Source: Burkholderiaceae bacterium
GTDB taxonomy: Bacteria; Pseudomonadota; Gammaproteobacteria; Burkholderiales; Burkholderiaceae_E
Direction of reading: 5' to 3'
DNA: 64,000 nt
Assembly (NCBI GenBank): GCA_024235875.1
Contig: JACKLP010000005.1
Coordinates: 26,155 to 90,154, forward strand
Positions 10,311-19,284 of the stretch are shown piece after piece. How positions within the stretch are numbered: position 1 is the first letter of the stretch; the number at the start of each line of letters is the position of its first letter. The position numbers and the translations under genes were made by a program. Under the pieces are notes generated by a model. That model did no database searches. It worked only from the letters and a program-made list of their open reading frames with translations, and had not been told where the DNA came from.

Positions 10311-11654
10311 CTATTTGGCGAAATGGCCCTCGAGCCATCGCCCCAGGGCCAATAGCCGAGCATCTGCATCCGCCGCGCCGACGACCTGCATCCCCAGGGG
10401 CAGACCATCGATCATGGCCGCCGGCAGGGACAAGGTCGGCAGACCCGCGTATGAAAACGGGAGCGTCTGCCCAAGGACCGCTTCACGTACGCTGATCTCG
10501 CCGCCCTCGACGCGGGTATCGAGTCGACCGCGAGGCGGTGGCAGGATCGCTGTGGTCGGCGTCATCAGGGCATCGACCTTCGTCAGCGCCTGACCCAGTT
10601 CACGGCGAAGACGGTCGCGGAACTTGAGCGCGTCGATGTATTGCGCGGCGCCGACCGCCAGGCCGGCCTCGAGCGGCGGCCGCACCAGTGCAGAGAAACC
10701 CTCGTCGCCGGCAGCGAGCGCGTCGCGGTGCACCCATGCCGCCTCGGCGCGGACCAGCGTGGTGTAGTTGTTCGACGCCTCTTTCAGTACGGGCAGCGAG
10801 ATCTCCCGGACCTGCGCACCCGCGCGCTCGAGCCTGGCGAGAATTCCCTCGAAGGCCTCGCGAACGGTCGGCTCGAGGCGACCATCCAGCCAGTCGACCG
10901 GCACCCCGATGGTCGGTTCATTCACGACCTGTCCGTGCGATGCGCGACGGCCGGACATCACCTCGTAGAGGAGCGCGCAGTCGTCCACGCAGCGGGCGAT
11001 CGGTCCCGCATGGTCGCAGGTCCAGGACAGATAGAGCGCGCCCTCGAGTGGAATCGCCCCGAAGCTCGGCTTGAACCCGGTCACGCCACAGAATGCCGCC
11101 GGAATGCGAACCGACCCACCCGTGTCGCTACCCAGACCCGCATAGCCAGCGCCGACCGCAACACAGACCGCCGCGCCACTGGACGAACCACCGGCCTGGC
11201 GCGTCGGATCGAAGGGATTGCAGACATCGCCGGTCCAGAGATTTTCTCCGGTCGCGCCAAGTGCGATCTCGTGCATGTTCGTCTTGGCGAACGGAATGGC
11301 GCCAGCCGCGCGCAAGCGCGCGACCGCCACTGCTTCCGCCGCACCGAGCGCAGGCAGGGCCGCGCGAGTGCCCGCCCGGGTGGGCATCCCCTCCACCACA
11401 TACAAGTCCTTGATCGATATCGGGATTCCGTGCAATCGACCGAGCGGCTCGCCGCGGTCCCGACGCGCGTCGAGTTCGGCTGCGATCGCCTCCGCCCGAC
11501 TCCAGTCGACGTGGGCGATCGGATTCAGGCGGGCATGCGTTTCGAGGGCGGCACGGGCGAGGCCGATCTGCTCGCGCGCGCTGCTGCGTCCATCGGCAAT
11601 GGCGGCGACGGCCTCGCGGATACGACTGCTTTTCGGAGAGATGGTCTCGGTCAT
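10311..11654 (-). CDS. Amidase signature family protein (GatA-like)
   Basis: GGSSSGAAVCVA and GSDTGGSVRIPAAFCG are amidase-signature motifs. ATG 11654 was verified. The listed 607 aa ORF is an upstream extension. Confidence 0.85.
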   Translation of the reverse strand: MTETISPKSSRIREAVAAIADGRSSAREQIGLARAALETHARLNPIAHVDWSRAEAIAAELDARRDRGEPLGRLHGIPISIKDLYVVEGMPTRAGTRAALPALGAAEAVAVARLRAAGAIPFAKTNMHEIALGATGENLWTGDVCNPFDPTRQAGGSSSGAAVCVAVGAGYAGLGSDTGGSVRIPAAFCGVTGFKPSFGAIPLEGALYLSWTCDHAGPIARCVDDCALLYEVMSGRRASHGQVVNEPTIGVPVDWLDGRLEPTVREAFEGILARLERAGAQVREISLPVLKEASNNYTTLVRAEAAWVHRDALAAGDEGFSALVRPPLEAGLAVGAAQYIDALKFRDRLRRELGQALTKVDALMTPTTAILPPPRGRLDTRVEGGEISVREAVLGQTLPFSYAGLPTLSLPAAMIDGLPLGMQVVGAADADARLLALGRWLEGHFAK

Positions 11655-11732
11655 CGTGGAGTCCGGTTCAAGGTGATGGCGCTCAGGCGCCGCGGCGGCC
11701 GCCCTCGGCCCGTTATCATCGCGCGAGGCAGT

Positions 11733-12044
11733 ATGACTGACGAGACCTGGAGTTTCGAAATGGAGACCCGAGTCCTGCGCGGAGGACGCCTGAAGCAGGG
11801 AACATACGATCCCGGCGCGCAGGTGATGGAGATCGAGTTCGTGGACGGGACGATCCGTCGCTTCAAGGCAGTACCGTCGGAGGTCTGGCGTCGACTGCTC
11901 GCCTCGCCGAACCCGGCCAGCTACTACGAAGACCGGATCGAAGAGGAATATGCATTCGAGCGGGACCGCGCGACGGGCGACGCCGAAGCGCGCTCCAAGC
12001 TGGACGCCTTGTTCGGGAGCCCGCCCGGCAAGCCTGCCGACTGA
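11733..12044 (+). CDS. KTSC domain-containing protein
   Basis: 103 aa. The core YDPGAQVMEIEFVDGTIRRFKAVPSEVWRRLLASPNPASYYEDRIEEEY fits the KTSC (LysRS C-terminal-like) pattern. GAGG lies 4 nt before the ATG. The TGA stop overlaps the earP ATG (cTGATGc). Confidence 0.7.
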   Translation: MTDETWSFEMETRVLRGGRLKQGTYDPGAQVMEIEFVDGTIRRFKAVPSEVWRRLLASPNPASYYEDRIEEEYAFERDRATGDAEARSKLDALFGSPPGKPAD

Positions 12045-13165
12045 TGCCTTGCGGCGGCGCCTTGGCGCGGATCGACATCGTCTGCTCGGTGGTCGATAAC
12101 TTTGGCGACGCGGGATTCTGCTGGCGCCTGGCACGGCAACTCGCTCGCGAGCACCGGATCGGCGTCCGCGTCTGGACCGATCGCCAGGACTTGTTCGAGC
12201 GCCTGGCCCGCGGCGACGAACCCGCGCGCGCGGCCGCGCTCGACCTTGCGCACGCAGGAATCGAAGTCGGCCCCATCGAGGCGCTCGACGCCTGCATCGA
12301 GCCGGGACAGTTCGTGGTCACGCTCTTCGACGCCCGTCTCCCGGCGTCGTTCGCTGCACGATTGCGCGCGCGGTCTCCGAATCCACCCGAGGTCCATGTC
12401 GAGTATCTCAGTGCGGAGCCCTGGATCGACGCTTGTCATGGATTGCATTCGCTGAGGACAGATGGATCGATCGCCTGGATGTTCCTTCCCGGTTTCAGCG
12501 CGGCCAGCGGCGGCCTGGTCCGAGAGCACGACCTGGACAGACGCCGCGAGTGCTTCCTGGCGAGCCACAAGCATGCATGGCTGGCGCGCGCTGGCGTTTC
12601 GTCCGATGCGCGGATCGCGACGCTGTTCGCCTATCCGGACGCGCCCATCCAGGATTGGCTCGAGGCACTCGGGCGCGAGGGCGGATGGACCGTACTGGCA
12701 GCCGCTGGCGGAAGCCCGTTTCCTACCGGACGGCATCGCGTCTCGGGTGTCGAGGTGATCGCACTGCCCTTCCTGGCGCAACCCGCGTTCGATGAATTGC
12801 TGTGGGCGAGCGACTTCGCCTTCGTTCGCGGAGAGGATTCGTGGATTCGCGCCCATTGGGCCCGGATCCCCTTTGTATGGGCCCCCTACCGGCAGTCCGA
12901 CCGGTTGCACCTCAAGAAGCTCGACGCCTTCCTCGACCGCTTCCTCGATGCGTCTGCGGCCGATGATCCGGCAAGCGCGGCTGCGATTCGCGCCGTATCG
13001 CACGCCTGGTCCGAAGACGGGGACATCGACCAGGCCTGGCGCGCATACCGTGAGCGCCTTGAATCGATCGCGGCACTGCACCGCGTCTGGACCGACACCC
13101 TGGCAGCACGGACCGACCTGGCATCGAATCTGATGACCATGCTTCGATCACGTGCCAACTGCTAA
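12044..13165 (+). CDS. earP: EF-P arginine-32 rhamnosyltransferase
   Basis: The N-terminus [28 protein letters not shown] matches the EarP (DUF2331) signature I recall from Pseudomonas and Shewanella EarP. It lies immediately upstream of an Arg32-type efp. Confidence 0.85.
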   Translation: MPCGGALARIDIVCSVVDNFGDAGFCWRLARQLAREHRIGVRVWTDRQDLFERLARGDEPARAAALDLAHAGIEVGPIEALDACIEPGQFVVTLFDARLPASFAARLRARSPNPPEVHVEYLSAEPWIDACHGLHSLRTDGSIAWMFLPGFSAASGGLVREHDLDRRRECFLASHKHAWLARAGVSSDARIATLFAYPDAPIQDWLEALGREGGWTVLAAAGGSPFPTGRHRVSGVEVIALPFLAQPAFDELLWASDFAFVRGEDSWIRAHWARIPFVWAPYRQSDRLHLKKLDAFLDRFLDASAADDPASAAAIRAVSHAWSEDGDIDQAWRAYRERLESIAALHRVWTDTLAARTDLASNLMTMLRSRANC

Positions 13166-13206
13166 AATGCGCGATTACCCGTTCGAAACGTAGTGAAGTC
13201 AAAGCG

Positions 13207-13770
13207 ATGAAAACCGCTCAAGAATTGCGCGTTGGCAATGTGATCATGATCGGCTCCGATCCGATGGTCGTGCAGAAGGCAGAGTTCAACAAGTCCGGGC
13301 GAAACGCCTCGGTCGTGAAGATGAAGCTCAAGAACCTCCTGAGCGGTGGCGGAACCGAAACCGTCTATCGTGCAGACGAGAAATTCGACGTTCTGGTCCT
13401 GGAACGCAAGGAAGTCGCCTACTCGTATTTCGCCGATCCCATGTACGTGTTCATGGATGGCGAGTACAACCAGTACGAGATCGAGGCCGAGTCCATGGGC
13501 GACGCGCTCAATTACCTCGAGGACGGCATGCCCTGCGAGGTCGTCTTCTACGACGGCCGCGCGATCTCTCTCGAGATGCCCAACTCGGTCGTCCGCGAAG
13601 TGGAATACACCGAGCCGGCCGTCAAGGGCGATACCTCGGGCAAGGTGATGAAACCCGCTCGCATCAAGCCGACCGGTCACGAGGTACAGGTCCCCGCCTT
13701 TGTCCAGATCGGTGATCGTATCGAGATCGATACCCGAACCAATGAATACAAGAACCGCGTGAAAGGCTGA
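13207..13770 (+). CDS. efp: Translation elongation factor P (Arg32 type)
   Basis: [13 protein letters not shown]...[18 protein letters not shown]. The loop tip KSGR places Arg where EarP-modified EF-Ps carry it. Confidence 0.97.
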   Translation: MKTAQELRVGNVIMIGSDPMVVQKAEFNKSGRNASVVKMKLKNLLSGGGTETVYRADEKFDVLVLERKEVAYSYFADPMYVFMDGEYNQYEIEAESMGDALNYLEDGMPCEVVFYDGRAISLEMPNSVVREVEYTEPAVKGDTSGKVMKPARIKPTGHEVQVPAFVQIGDRIEIDTRTNEYKNRVKG

Positions 13771-13905
13771 GACGCATCGCGGGCGGCGCCGCGTCGGAAC
13801 GGCCGACCGGGGCCGCCAGACCGGGCGGGCGCCAATCGAGGCGAAGGACGCACGGGTCACGAGGCGGCCAGGCGCGCCTTGCGCGGGCGCCCGAAGCCGG
13901 CGCGA

Positions 13906-14802
13906 TCAGGCGGGACGCAGGACCTGGGTCGACGTATGCGTGCGCAAGGACTTGCGCAATTGCCGGTTGACCGTATCGCGTAGCGATTGCATCGAGACCG
14001 GCTTGACCAGGTAACTGTTACAGCCCGCGAGCGCCCCGCGCGCCAGGTCGAATGGTGAAGACCGACTCGTCAGGATGATCACCGGCATCGACCGGAGCTC
14101 GCGATTCTTCTTGATCGCACGCGTCAGCTGATAGCCGTCCATTTCCGGCATCATCACATCGACGAACGCGAGCTCGTAACTGCGGCGGGCCACGACGTCG
14201 AGTGCTTCCTGCGCCGATGCCACCGCCTCGGTATCCATGCCCATCTGATTCAGCGCGACCGAGAGCTGACGCCTGACCGTCGGACTGTCGTCGACGACCA
14301 GGGCACGCGGCCGCCGCATCGCGCCGGTCTCGTCGCGCGCCGCATGGGGCGACCGCGCCCGCCCACCCGGCACGCCGGCCGTCCGGAACAGGTGGCGGTC
14401 GACGAACTCGTTGAGCGCGAACAGCACGCGCGCGGTGAACGCACTCTGGAGCAGGTCGTCGCGCGGCCGGCCGTCGTCGTTGCGGCGCCCGACCTTGATG
14501 ACGGGGCGCCCCTGGAGCACGCGCTCGATGGTCGAGGCGATTTCGGGCCCGCCCTTGACGGTCATGTCGACGATTGCGATATCGAAGGACCCCGCGCGAC
14601 GCTCTTCGGCCAGGGAAAAGCGATATCGGTTGTTGCGCGCATGCTTGAGAACGATGCCGAGCAGGCGCTGAAACCGGGTCGCGAGCCCGAAAGCCGCGAC
14701 CCTGAACACGGGCCGCGCATCCGCGTCGGCTTCCGACAGGCCTTCGCCGCGCCGCATACCAGCTCCGACCGACCCGATCGGGTCGTTCGCTGCGTCGATC
14801 AT
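13906..14802 (-). CDS. Orphan response regulator with a C-terminal REC domain and a degenerate N-terminal REC-like domain
   Basis: The C-terminal half ALVVDDSPTVRRQL...FVDVMMPEMDGYQL...PVIILTS...YLVKP is a canonical receiver. The N-terminal half (FRVAAFGL...FDIAIVDM) looks receiver-like. ATG 14802 follows GGGGGA; the listed GTG 14817 is an alternative. Confidence 0.8.
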   Translation of the reverse strand: MIDAANDPIGSVGAGMRRGEGLSEADADARPVFRVAAFGLATRFQRLLGIVLKHARNNRYRFSLAEERRAGSFDIAIVDMTVKGGPEIASTIERVLQGRPVIKVGRRNDDGRPRDDLLQSAFTARVLFALNEFVDRHLFRTAGVPGGRARSPHAARDETGAMRRPRALVVDDSPTVRRQLSVALNQMGMDTEAVASAQEALDVVARRSYELAFVDVMMPEMDGYQLTRAIKKNRELRSMPVIILTSRSSPFDLARGALAGCNSYLVKPVSMQSLRDTVNRQLRKSLRTHTSTQVLRPA

Positions 14803-14901
14803 TTTTCCCCCTGACACCGCCCTCGATGGCGGGCAGTCCGTCCGTTTTCGCGCCTCGGAATCTTATACTTTATCGGCGCCCGCTTGACAAGAAGCGGGAA
14901 C

Positions 14902-14925
14902 AAAAAAACCCCTATGAATAGGGAC
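14902..14925 (-). terminator. Possible intrinsic terminator after the DUF3579 gene
   Basis: On the minus strand the sequence reads TAA-CGT-CCCTA-TTCA-TAGGG-G-TTTTTTT. The stem is only 5 bp, but a 7-T run is striking in this GC-rich DNA. Confidence 0.4.
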
Positions 14926-14926
14926 G

Positions 14927-15412
14927 TTACGCCGGACTCTTCACGTAAATTCTGTCATCTGCGACCGGCGCTGCGCGAACGCCGTCGTCGGTCTTGTCTC
15001 CCGCTTGGCCCGCGTCTTGCGCCATGGGCGACGGCTTCGCCGCAGCCACTTCCACGACCTGCAAGGCATTGTCGTGCGCGAAACCGCGAAGGAAATGGTA
15101 CGCCATCGGTTCGAGTCCGTGAATCCTTGCATCGACACGAACGCATTTCGCGCCTTCGTGCATCGTGGGCATCACATAGGGCGAATAGCTGAGGCGATCT
15201 TGCGGCATGCCCTTCGGACGATACGACGACATGACCCCGCAGAGCCGATCCGTCCAGTCGCTCGGACGGAAGCGTCGGCCTTCCTGCGTCAGGCCGAGAA
15301 TCAGGAACGATGTTGCAGGACTGTTCGAATTCAAGACGTTCCTTGCTCGCGTTGCCTCCGACGCGCACGCGGTCTCGCGAGCACCGTCGACGGCTGGATT
15401 ATAGCCGGACAT
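14927..15412 (-). CDS. DUF3579 domain protein
   Basis: The core FLILGLTQEGRRFRPSDWTDRLCGVMS matches my memory of DUF3579, and the position divergent from argF is as in Burkholderiales. The start is uncertain. Confidence 0.65.
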   Translation of the reverse strand: MSGYNPAVDGARETACASEATRARNVLNSNSPATSFLILGLTQEGRRFRPSDWTDRLCGVMSSYRPKGMPQDRLSYSPYVMPTMHEGAKCVRVDARIHGLEPMAYHFLRGFAHDNALQVVEVAAAKPSPMAQDAGQAGDKTDDGVRAAPVADDRIYVKSPA

Positions 15413-15426
15413 GGCATCGACCGGCG

Positions 15427-15455
15427 TTGGATTCCAGCCGACTTTCCCCTATAAT
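15427..15455 (+). promoter_or_regulatory. Candidate sigma-70 promoter in the argF upstream region
   Basis: TTGGAT (15427-15432), a 17-nt spacer, then a perfect TATAAT (15450-15455). A perfect TATAAT is conspicuous in this GC-rich context. Confidence 0.35.
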
Positions 15456-15466
15456 TCAATCAGTTG

Positions 15467-15513
15467 GACGGCGGCATAATGAGATTTCTCTCCCTGCCGC
15501 CGTCTTGTTTTTT
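15467..15513 (+). terminator. Intrinsic-terminator-like hairpin in the argF leader (attenuator or short-RNA 3' end)
   Basis: A perfect 10-bp stem GACGGCGGCA (15467-76) / TGCCGCCGTC (15495-504) is followed by TTGTTTTTT (15505-13). It lies 89 nt upstream of the argF ATG. No plus-strand gene upstream needs terminating. Confidence 0.55.
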
Positions 15514-15601
15514 GCGGTCGGGAACATCGACTCATGAGCCGCAGCCGACATCTGGCGGCGCAATCGCGCCCGACGGAGGCACGGCGGCGGAGGTCGCAGG
15601 C

Positions 15602-16516
15602 ATGTCGACGAATCATTTTCTTCAGTTCCGGGACTTCTCCAGGGAGGTCTACGACTACCTTTTTGCGCGGACCCGAGTGATCAAGGAGCGCTTCAAGCGC
15701 TATGAACCGTATCACCCGCTCGCGGACCGCACCCTGGTGATGATCTTCGAGAAGGCCAGTACGCGGACCCGACTGTCCTTCGAGGCCGGGATGCAGCAAC
15801 TGGGTGGAGCCGCGATCTACATGAATACGCGCGACTCCCAGCTCGGTCGCGGCGAGCCGGTCGAAGACGCCGCCCAGGTGATCTCCCGGATGTGCGACCT
15901 CGTCATGATCCGCACCTTCGAGCAAGACATCGTGGAGCGGTTCGCGCAGAACTCCCGCGTGCCGGTCGTCAACGGCCTCACCAACGAGTACCACCCCTGC
16001 CAGATCCTGGCCGACATCTACACCTACATCGAGCACCGTGGGCCGATCACCGGCAAGACCGTGGCCTGGATCGGCGACTCGAACAACATGTGCAACACCT
16101 GGTTGCAGGCCGCGGAAGTCCTGGATTTCAATGTCCACGTCTCGACGCCACCGGGCTATGAAGTCGAAGCCGATCGCGCCGGCCTGCACGGCACCGGGCA
16201 TTTCGAGCAGTTCACGGATCCGATGGAGGCATGCCGGGGAGCATCGCTTGTGACCAGCGACGTCTGGACGAGCATGGGCTTCGAGGCCGAGAACGAGGAG
16301 CGCCGACAGGCCTTCGCGGACTGGTGCGTGGATGCCGAGATGATGTCGATCGCCGCGCCCGACGCCGTCTACATGCATTGCCTGCCCGCCCACCGGGGAG
16401 AGGAAGTGACCGCGGAGGTCATCGATGGCAAGCAATCCGTCGTCTGGGACGAGGCGGAGAACCGATTGCATGCCCAGAAGGCCCTGATGGAGTACCTGCT
16501 GCTAGGGCAGCTCTGA
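15602..16516 (+). CDS. argF: Ornithine carbamoyltransferase
   Basis: FEKASTRTRLSFEAG, HPCQILAD, SMG..., HCLPAHRGEEV. ATG 15602 was verified. Confidence 0.95.
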   Translation: MSTNHFLQFRDFSREVYDYLFARTRVIKERFKRYEPYHPLADRTLVMIFEKASTRTRLSFEAGMQQLGGAAIYMNTRDSQLGRGEPVEDAAQVISRMCDLVMIRTFEQDIVERFAQNSRVPVVNGLTNEYHPCQILADIYTYIEHRGPITGKTVAWIGDSNNMCNTWLQAAEVLDFNVHVSTPPGYEVEADRAGLHGTGHFEQFTDPMEACRGASLVTSDVWTSMGFEAENEERRQAFADWCVDAEMMSIAAPDAVYMHCLPAHRGEEVTAEVIDGKQSVVWDEAENRLHAQKALMEYLLLGQL

Positions 16517-16592
16517 GCAATCTGCCAAGCGGTGATGCCCGCGCCAGAATGCCGGTGAATCGCCTGACGGGGTCGTGAGACTGGCTCGCGCG

Positions 16593-17435
16593 CTACGGGC
16601 TTGTCCTGTGAAGGCGTCCGACGAGCGCTGCAAAGCCGGGATACTCGGATCGCGTGATCGCGTACTTGCGCGCGTAGGCGCCCCAGGCGCTGCCACTTCG
16701 CATGGCGCCCAGAAATGCGTGGGTGTCGGTGACTTCCGTCCCGCCCAGCGAAGTGACCCCGCGCGCGAACAGGGGATCGGGCAGACAACCACCGCCTGGC
16801 CCGATCAGACTCAGTACCCGTGCGTTGGTGCAGTGGCCCAGCACCTGCTCCAAGGTCCGATTGAGCAGCAAGGTCGTCGTGGAGACGACCTTGTCGCAGC
16901 GTTCGAGTTCGGACGGATCGAGGCTCACGCGGTAACCGTCGTGCTCGCCGGCCAGTTCCTGCCGCAATTCGATGACCACCAGCCTCGCCCCGGCGGCGAC
17001 GATGCGCCTGACGAGCGGCGGAAAAAGCCCGACCATCCCGATCGAATCGCCCGGCCTGGGATCGATGCCACCGATCGAGTCGCTGGCATCGGGCGGGCGA
17101 TAGCCCGCCAGCCGAAACAGATGCTGCGACGCGGCGTTGATGGCGGCGAAGCCGATCGTTTGCCGGGGCCCATCGAAAGCCTCGTACCACCGGGCGACAT
17201 CGAGGACCGAGCGGCCGACCAGCGCGCCTGAGCCTTCTTGAAGCAGGCGCGTCAGCGTATCGCCCAGTAGCACATAGCTCAGTCCGATCGAGCCGTCGTC
17301 GAGCTCGAGCGCACCGAATTCTCCGTCCTTCGTGCCCCACAGCGGTCGCGGCGGCAGATGAAAGCCGCGGACCGCAGGCATTGCAGCGGGCCCGAGGCGC
17401 TCGAGCAGGCCCAGGTACTCGGTCGCGATGCTCAT
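16593..17435 (-). CDS. DUF4213/DUF364 (putative heavy-metal chelation, Rossmann-like) protein
   Basis: About 280 aa. The layout (N-terminal ...SIGLSYVL..., central IGMVGLFPPLV, C-terminal LIGPGGGCLPDPLF) resembles the DUF364 family from memory. ATG 17435 was verified. Confidence 0.6.
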   Translation of the reverse strand: MSIATEYLGLLERLGPAAMPAVRGFHLPPRPLWGTKDGEFGALELDDGSIGLSYVLLGDTLTRLLQEGSGALVGRSVLDVARWYEAFDGPRQTIGFAAINAASQHLFRLAGYRPPDASDSIGGIDPRPGDSIGMVGLFPPLVRRIVAAGARLVVIELRQELAGEHDGYRVSLDPSELERCDKVVSTTTLLLNRTLEQVLGHCTNARVLSLIGPGGGCLPDPLFARGVTSLGGTEVTDTHAFLGAMRSGSAWGAYARKYAITRSEYPGFAALVGRLHRTSP

Positions 17436-17448
17436 TGGCGCGAGCCGC

Positions 17449-18459
17449 TCAGGCCAAACGCCGAATGCGACCGTAGAACGGATATTGCGGATCGTGATAG
17501 CCCGGGGTCGAGGCATGGCCTGGTGTGACCAGCGCGTCGACCGCCGCCTCGTCTTCTGCGCCCCAGTCGAACTCGAGCGCGCCGAAATAGTCTTCCCATT
17601 GCTCGAGGGTGCGCGGACCGGCGATCACGCTGGACACGTGGGGATTGGCCAGCACCCAGGCCACGGCGAAACGTGAGAGCGAGGTTCCTCGTGCCTGCGC
17701 GTGACTGGCGAGTTGTTGCGCGACATCGAGCGACTCCGGACGCCATTCGGTCTCGAGCATTCGCTTGTCACGACGTCCCGCGCGCGAATCGGGCGACGGG
17801 GTCTCGCCCGGCAGATACTTTCCGGACAGGATGCCGCGCGCGATCGGGCTGTACGGAACGACGCCCAACCCGTAGTGCGAACAGGCCGGCAAGATCTCGA
17901 CCTCGGGGCCCCGGTTCAACAGGTTGTAGTAGGGCTGGCAGACCACCGGGCCCGGCATGCCGATCTGCTCTGCGACCCGGACGATCTCGGCGATTCGCCA
18001 TCCTCGGAAATTCGAGAGGCCCCAGTAACGGATCGAGCCGGCCCGCAGCAGGTCGTCGATCGCACGCAGGGTTTCGTCGTAGTTCTCGGCATCGAAATCA
18101 CGATGCAGGTAGTAGAGATCGACATAGTCGGTCCCGAGTCGAGCGAGACTGTCCTGCAGGGCGCGACGAACCCATTTCCGCGAATAATGGGCCATGTTCG
18201 GCTCTTCGCCCATGCGGTTGCCGACCTTGGTCGCCAGCACCCAGCGGTCGCGATCGTGCCGTAGCAGCGGGCCGAGCATGCGTTCCGACCCACCACGCGA
18301 ATAGACGTCGGCGGTATCGACGAAGTTCACGCCGTGGTCGCGGGCACTCGCGACGATGCGCGCGGCCGATTCGGCGTCGGTCTGGTCGGCAAACATCATC
18401 GAGCCCAGACACAGCACCGAGACCTGCAGGTTGCTTCGGCCAAGACGACGGTATTTCAT
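17449..18459 (-). CDS. Aldo/keto reductase
   Basis: MKYRRLGRSNLQVSVLCLGSMMF...NFVDTADVYS...YVDLYYLHR...IRYWGLSNF. AGGAGG precedes ATG 18459. Confidence 0.9.
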   Translation of the reverse strand: MKYRRLGRSNLQVSVLCLGSMMFADQTDAESAARIVASARDHGVNFVDTADVYSRGGSERMLGPLLRHDRDRWVLATKVGNRMGEEPNMAHYSRKWVRRALQDSLARLGTDYVDLYYLHRDFDAENYDETLRAIDDLLRAGSIRYWGLSNFRGWRIAEIVRVAEQIGMPGPVVCQPYYNLLNRGPEVEILPACSHYGLGVVPYSPIARGILSGKYLPGETPSPDSRAGRRDKRMLETEWRPESLDVAQQLASHAQARGTSLSRFAVAWVLANPHVSSVIAGPRTLEQWEDYFGALEFDWGAEDEAAVDALVTPGHASTPGYHDPQYPFYGRIRRLA

Positions 18460-18577
18460 CGGACCCTCCTCGGTCGCGGGTATCGCAGGCGCGCCGGGAC
18501 GAATTCCCGCGCTCGGTCGCATGCCGGACCGATTCTGGTTCAGCCGCGACGATCGCGCCAGCGCTGACGGACCGGAT

Positions 18578-19126
18578 TCAGGCCAGGTGCGCGTCCAGTC
18601 GGGCGGCGAGCCGCTTGCGAGCACGATGAAGGCGCACCCAGCAGTTGGCCTCGGAGATTCCGAGTCGCTCGCACACCTCGCCCGTTCCAGCGCCCTCGAC
18701 CACGTGGAGCATGAAGACATCCTTGAGCGTGACGGGCAGCGCATCCACCTCCAGCGCCAGCGCGGCCCCCAGGCGGGCGCGACTGACCTGGGCCATCGGA
18801 TCTTCGATCTCGCGATCCACGAAGCCGCAGGGCGACGTCGAACCGACGTTGCTCGCGGCCGCTTCGGTCAAGTCACCGACGTACCGACCTTCGCGTCGAA
18901 AGGTGTCCTGAATCTTGTGATTGAGGATGCCGATCAGCCAGGTCCTGGGCGCCGCGGTACCGCGGAACCGGTCGCGAGCGGCGAGCGCGGCGGCCAGCGC
19001 TTCCTGAACCGCATCCTCTGCCAGGCACTCGTCCCGGATTCGACGTCGCGCGAATCGGAGCATCACGTCCCGATGCGAGGCAAGCTCGTGGGGCGTCGGC
19101 ATCGAATGGTAGGCGGTGGCGGTCAT
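18578..19126 (-). CDS. ECF-type RNA polymerase sigma factor
   Basis: Region 2 is EDAVQEALAAALAARDRFRG...TWLIGILNHKIQD. Region 4 is ISEANCWVRLHRARKRL. ATG 19126 was verified. Confidence 0.85.
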   Translation of the reverse strand: MTATAYHSMPTPHELASHRDVMLRFARRRIRDECLAEDAVQEALAAALAARDRFRGTAAPRTWLIGILNHKIQDTFRREGRYVGDLTEAAASNVGSTSPCGFVDREIEDPMAQVSRARLGAALALEVDALPVTLKDVFMLHVVEGAGTGEVCERLGISEANCWVRLHRARKRLAARLDAHLA

Positions 19127-19284
19127 CGGGTATCCCTCGAGGCTGTCTTCGAGGCCAAGTCTCGTCGCCGGATCTTTCCGCACGATTGCGCGCAGATCAC
19201 GTTTTGGTAACAAATGCCCAATGGCCCATTGCGAGCGCTCGGGCGGCCTCGCACGGCCGGGCCGCTTGTTGCTATGCTGGCCAC

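Noticed and set aside
10641-12044. 467 aa ORF on the plus strand.
   Set aside because: The first 360 or so codons are antisense to the amidase gene and are low complexity. Only the last 103 codons (from ATG 11733, with a Shine-Dalgarno) form a KTSC-like protein.
15447-15462. ARG-box (ArgR operator) half-site: TATAATTCAAT overlapping the -10 hexamer.
   Set aside because: Only the right half (ATTCA) of the TGAAT-N4-ATTCA palindrome is present and the left half is missing. This is not enough to call an ArgR site.
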